Below, piece by piece: positions 61,837 to 64,000 of a DNA stretch of 64,000 nucleotides. The DNA lies in the NCBI GenBank assembly GCA_963674735.2, contig CAXXQS010000002.1:1152001-1216000 (forward strand), read 5' to 3'. How positions within the stretch are numbered: the first letter of the stretch is position 1; every line of letters begins with the position of its first letter. The notes beneath the pieces are model-generated. The model did no database searches. It had not been told where the DNA came from and saw only the letters and a program-made list of their open reading frames with translations. The translations under genes and the position numbers were made by a program. The DNA is from Myxococcota bacterium. GTDB taxonomy: Bacteria; Myxococcota_A; SURF-8.

Positions 61837-63204
61837 TTACTTGTCGATGCGATACTCTTTGATTTTGTACAGCAGGGCGCGGTGACTGATCTCCAGCAGT
61901 TTGGCGGCCGCGGTACGGTTGCCGCCGGTTTTGTCGAGCGCCTTGCGGATCAGGGTGTTTTCGATGGCGTACACCGCTTTCTTGATCGACAGGTTATCTG
62001 CCGAAAGTCCGGCCGGATGTAGCGGAGACAACTCCGTCACTTTGGCCGGAAGGTCGTCACAGTCGATCCGGTCGGCGTCGCACAGCACCATCGCGCGTTC
62101 GATGATGTTTTCGGTCTCGCGCACATTTCCCGGCCAGTGATAGGCCTGGAGCTTGGCGATAGCCTCGGGGGTGGCGCTTTCGATGGAGAGTCCGAGCCGT
62201 TCGTTGTTGCGTTCGATGAAGAAATCCACCAGGCGCGCCACGTCGCCCTGGCGTTCACGCAGCGGCGGGACATGCAGATGGACGACATTGAGGCGATAAT
62301 AAAGGTCTTCGCGGAATCCGCCGGTTTCGATTTCCTTGGCCAGATCCTTCACGGTGGCGGCAATCACACGCAGGTCCACTTTGATATCGCGATTTCCACC
62401 CACCCGGCGTATTTCCTCTTCCTGCAACACGCGCAGCAGCTTGACCTGCATGGACGGGGGCAGCTCGCCGATCTCATCCAGGAACAGGGTGCCGCCGTCG
62501 GCTTCTTCGAGCAGGCCTTTGCGCATGCGATGAGCGTCGGTGAACGCCCCTTTTTCGTGGCCGAACAATTCGCTTTCGATGAGGTTTTCGGGAATGGCAC
62601 CGCAATTGACGGCGACGAAGGGTTTCTCGGCGCGGTCGGAGTTGGAATGGATCGCGCGGGCGAACAGCTCTTTTCCCGTGCCCGAATCGCCCGTGATAAG
62701 CACGGTGGATTTGAAGCCGGATACTTTACGGGCCAGTTTAAACAGCTTTTCCATCTCCGGATCGCCGGAAATGATGCGTGCAAAATCATGGTCCTCGTTG
62801 AGACGGCGCTTGAGGCGGCGGTTCTCACGGCGCAGGCGTTCGCGTTCCTGGGCTTTGCGGATGGTCAAGACCACTTCGTCGGGCCGGAAGGGCTTGTTGA
62901 GGTAGTCGTATGCGCCCTGTTTCATGGCTTCGACCGCATTTTCGATGCTGCCATAGGCGGTGATCATGATGACGGTGGTCTGAATGTCGCGCGCTTTGAG
63001 CGCGTCCAGCAATTCGAACCCACCCATTTTGGGCATATTGATGTCGCACAGGACGATGTCGGCGGGTTGGCTTTCCAGTTGGGCCAAGGCCTGCTCGCCA
63101 TTGGCGGCGGTGCTGCAATCGAATCCGGCTTTGCCGAGTACGACGCTCAGCATGTGCCGAATATTTTCCTCGTCGTCTACGATCAACACGCTATTGATGT
63201 CCAC
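61837..63204 (-). CDS. Sigma54-dependent response regulator (NtrC/AtoC family)
   Basis: REC (IVDDE, LCDINMP), GDSGTGKE, ESELFGHEKGAFTDA, WPGNVRE, Fis HTH; GTG start 63204 after AAGGAG. Confidence 0.96.
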   Translation of the reverse strand: MDINSVLIVDDEENIRHMLSVVLGKAGFDCSTAANGEQALAQLESQPADIVLCDINMPKMGGFELLDALKARDIQTTVIMITAYGSIENAVEAMKQGAYDYLNKPFRPDEVVLTIRKAQERERLRRENRRLKRRLNEDHDFARIISGDPEMEKLFKLARKVSGFKSTVLITGDSGTGKELFARAIHSNSDRAEKPFVAVNCGAIPENLIESELFGHEKGAFTDAHRMRKGLLEEADGGTLFLDEIGELPPSMQVKLLRVLQEEEIRRVGGNRDIKVDLRVIAATVKDLAKEIETGGFREDLYYRLNVVHLHVPPLRERQGDVARLVDFFIERNNERLGLSIESATPEAIAKLQAYHWPGNVRETENIIERAMVLCDADRIDCDDLPAKVTELSPLHPAGLSADNLSIKKAVYAIENTLIRKALDKTGGNRTAAAKLLEISHRALLYKIKEYRIDK

Positions 63205-63365
63205 CGGCGGCTCCTTGGCTGAGGTCGTTACAGGTGCGCAATGGGCCTCAGTGTACGCCGGAACGGCCGGGATTGGCAAGGGATTGGGCGTGAATTGCGG
63301 TTTCTCCGTTGACTTGGCGCGGAAGCTGCGGTACGACGGAAACGCCAGACTTCAAGGAGGTACCG

Positions 63366-64000
63366 ATGAATCACCAGCCTTATCCCGATTACCTGTTCGA
63401 TGCGGACACGCGGCACCTGATGGTTTTTGCGCATCAGGATGATGAAATCAATTATACCGGCTTGATCCAACGCTTCGGCGCGGAGACGGATTTTATCTGG
63501 GTGACCAACGGCGACGGTCTGGCCCCCTTTGAAAATGCCGATCCGAAAACCTACGCGGAGATGCGCAAAGCGGAAACCGACGCCGTGCTTGAAACCGTCG
63601 GGCGGCCGCTCGAACGGCGCGAGTGTCTGGACTTTTCGGAAATCGAGATCTACGACAACTTCGTGGAGCTGACACTCAACCCCGGCAACAAGCCGCAGGT
63701 GATCGATTTCATGTACCGCATCGGCTGCGAGCTGTACCGGCGCATCAAGGCCTTGAAACCGCAGGTCGTCTGGACGTGCCAGTACCAGAACGGGCACCCC
63801 GAACACGATCTGACCCACATTCTGACGGCCTATGCGCTTCGGCAACTGGAACGGGAAGAGGGCCACAAGGCCGCGCTTTACCAGGTGCCGGAATACGAAT
63901 ACACCATCCTCATTCCCATGCGTTTCCATCCGCTTTACAAAGATCCGGTCCACCGGATCGAGTTGACGGCGGAAGAGATGCGAATCAAGCGTAGCGCCTT
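63366..64000 (+). CDS. PIG-L/LmbE-family deacetylase (3' end runs off the window)
   Basis: Not in the ORF track. From ATG 63366 (RBS AAGGAGG): VFAHQDDE, VTNGDG, MRKAE, NGHPEHD. Confidence 0.85.
   Translation, partial: MNHQPYPDYLFDADTRHLMVFAHQDDEINYTGLIQRFGAETDFIWVTNGDGLAPFENADPKTYAEMRKAETDAVLETVGRPLERRECLDFSEIEIYDNFVELTLNPGNKPQVIDFMYRIGCELYRRIKALKPQVVWTCQYQNGHPEHDLTHILTAYALRQLEREEGHKAALYQVPEYEYTILIPMRFHPLYKDPVHRIELTAEEMRIKRSA

Overview
High-GC chromosomal window from a bacterium with deltaproteobacterial/Myxococcota-like gene content (inferred from TIGR02266-type PilZ, REC-DUF4388, split F1/b-b' ATP synthase operon and many Cys-rich lipoproteins). It spans the replication origin: rsmA-tsaD, lgt-uppP-recF-dnaN-[oriC with DnaA boxes, DnaA-trios and AT-rich DUE]-dnaA, a perfect parS, rsmG-parA-parB-bactofilin, atpF'FHAGDC, clpP-clpX-lon and tdh-kbl. 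Most notable: (1) a second, orphan ParA/Soj-type ATPase with two N-terminal TRASH/zf-FCS-like Cys4 repeats, paired with a small partner that has a basic N-terminal peptide and an RHH-like C-terminus, a candidate uncharacterised positioning/partition system; (2) two translationally coupled multi-domain radical SAM genes between dnaA and parS, where rpmH-rnpA-yidC-mnmE-mnmG normally lie; (3) an AT-rich ApeA-like HEPN gene directly upstream of an NFACT/RqcH-family gene; (4) a tandem family of acidic Cys-rich lipoproteins with shuffled modules and recurrent DGD linkers. No rRNA, tRNA, CRISPR array, transposase or integrase was seen. All calls come from motif reading only; no database search was run.
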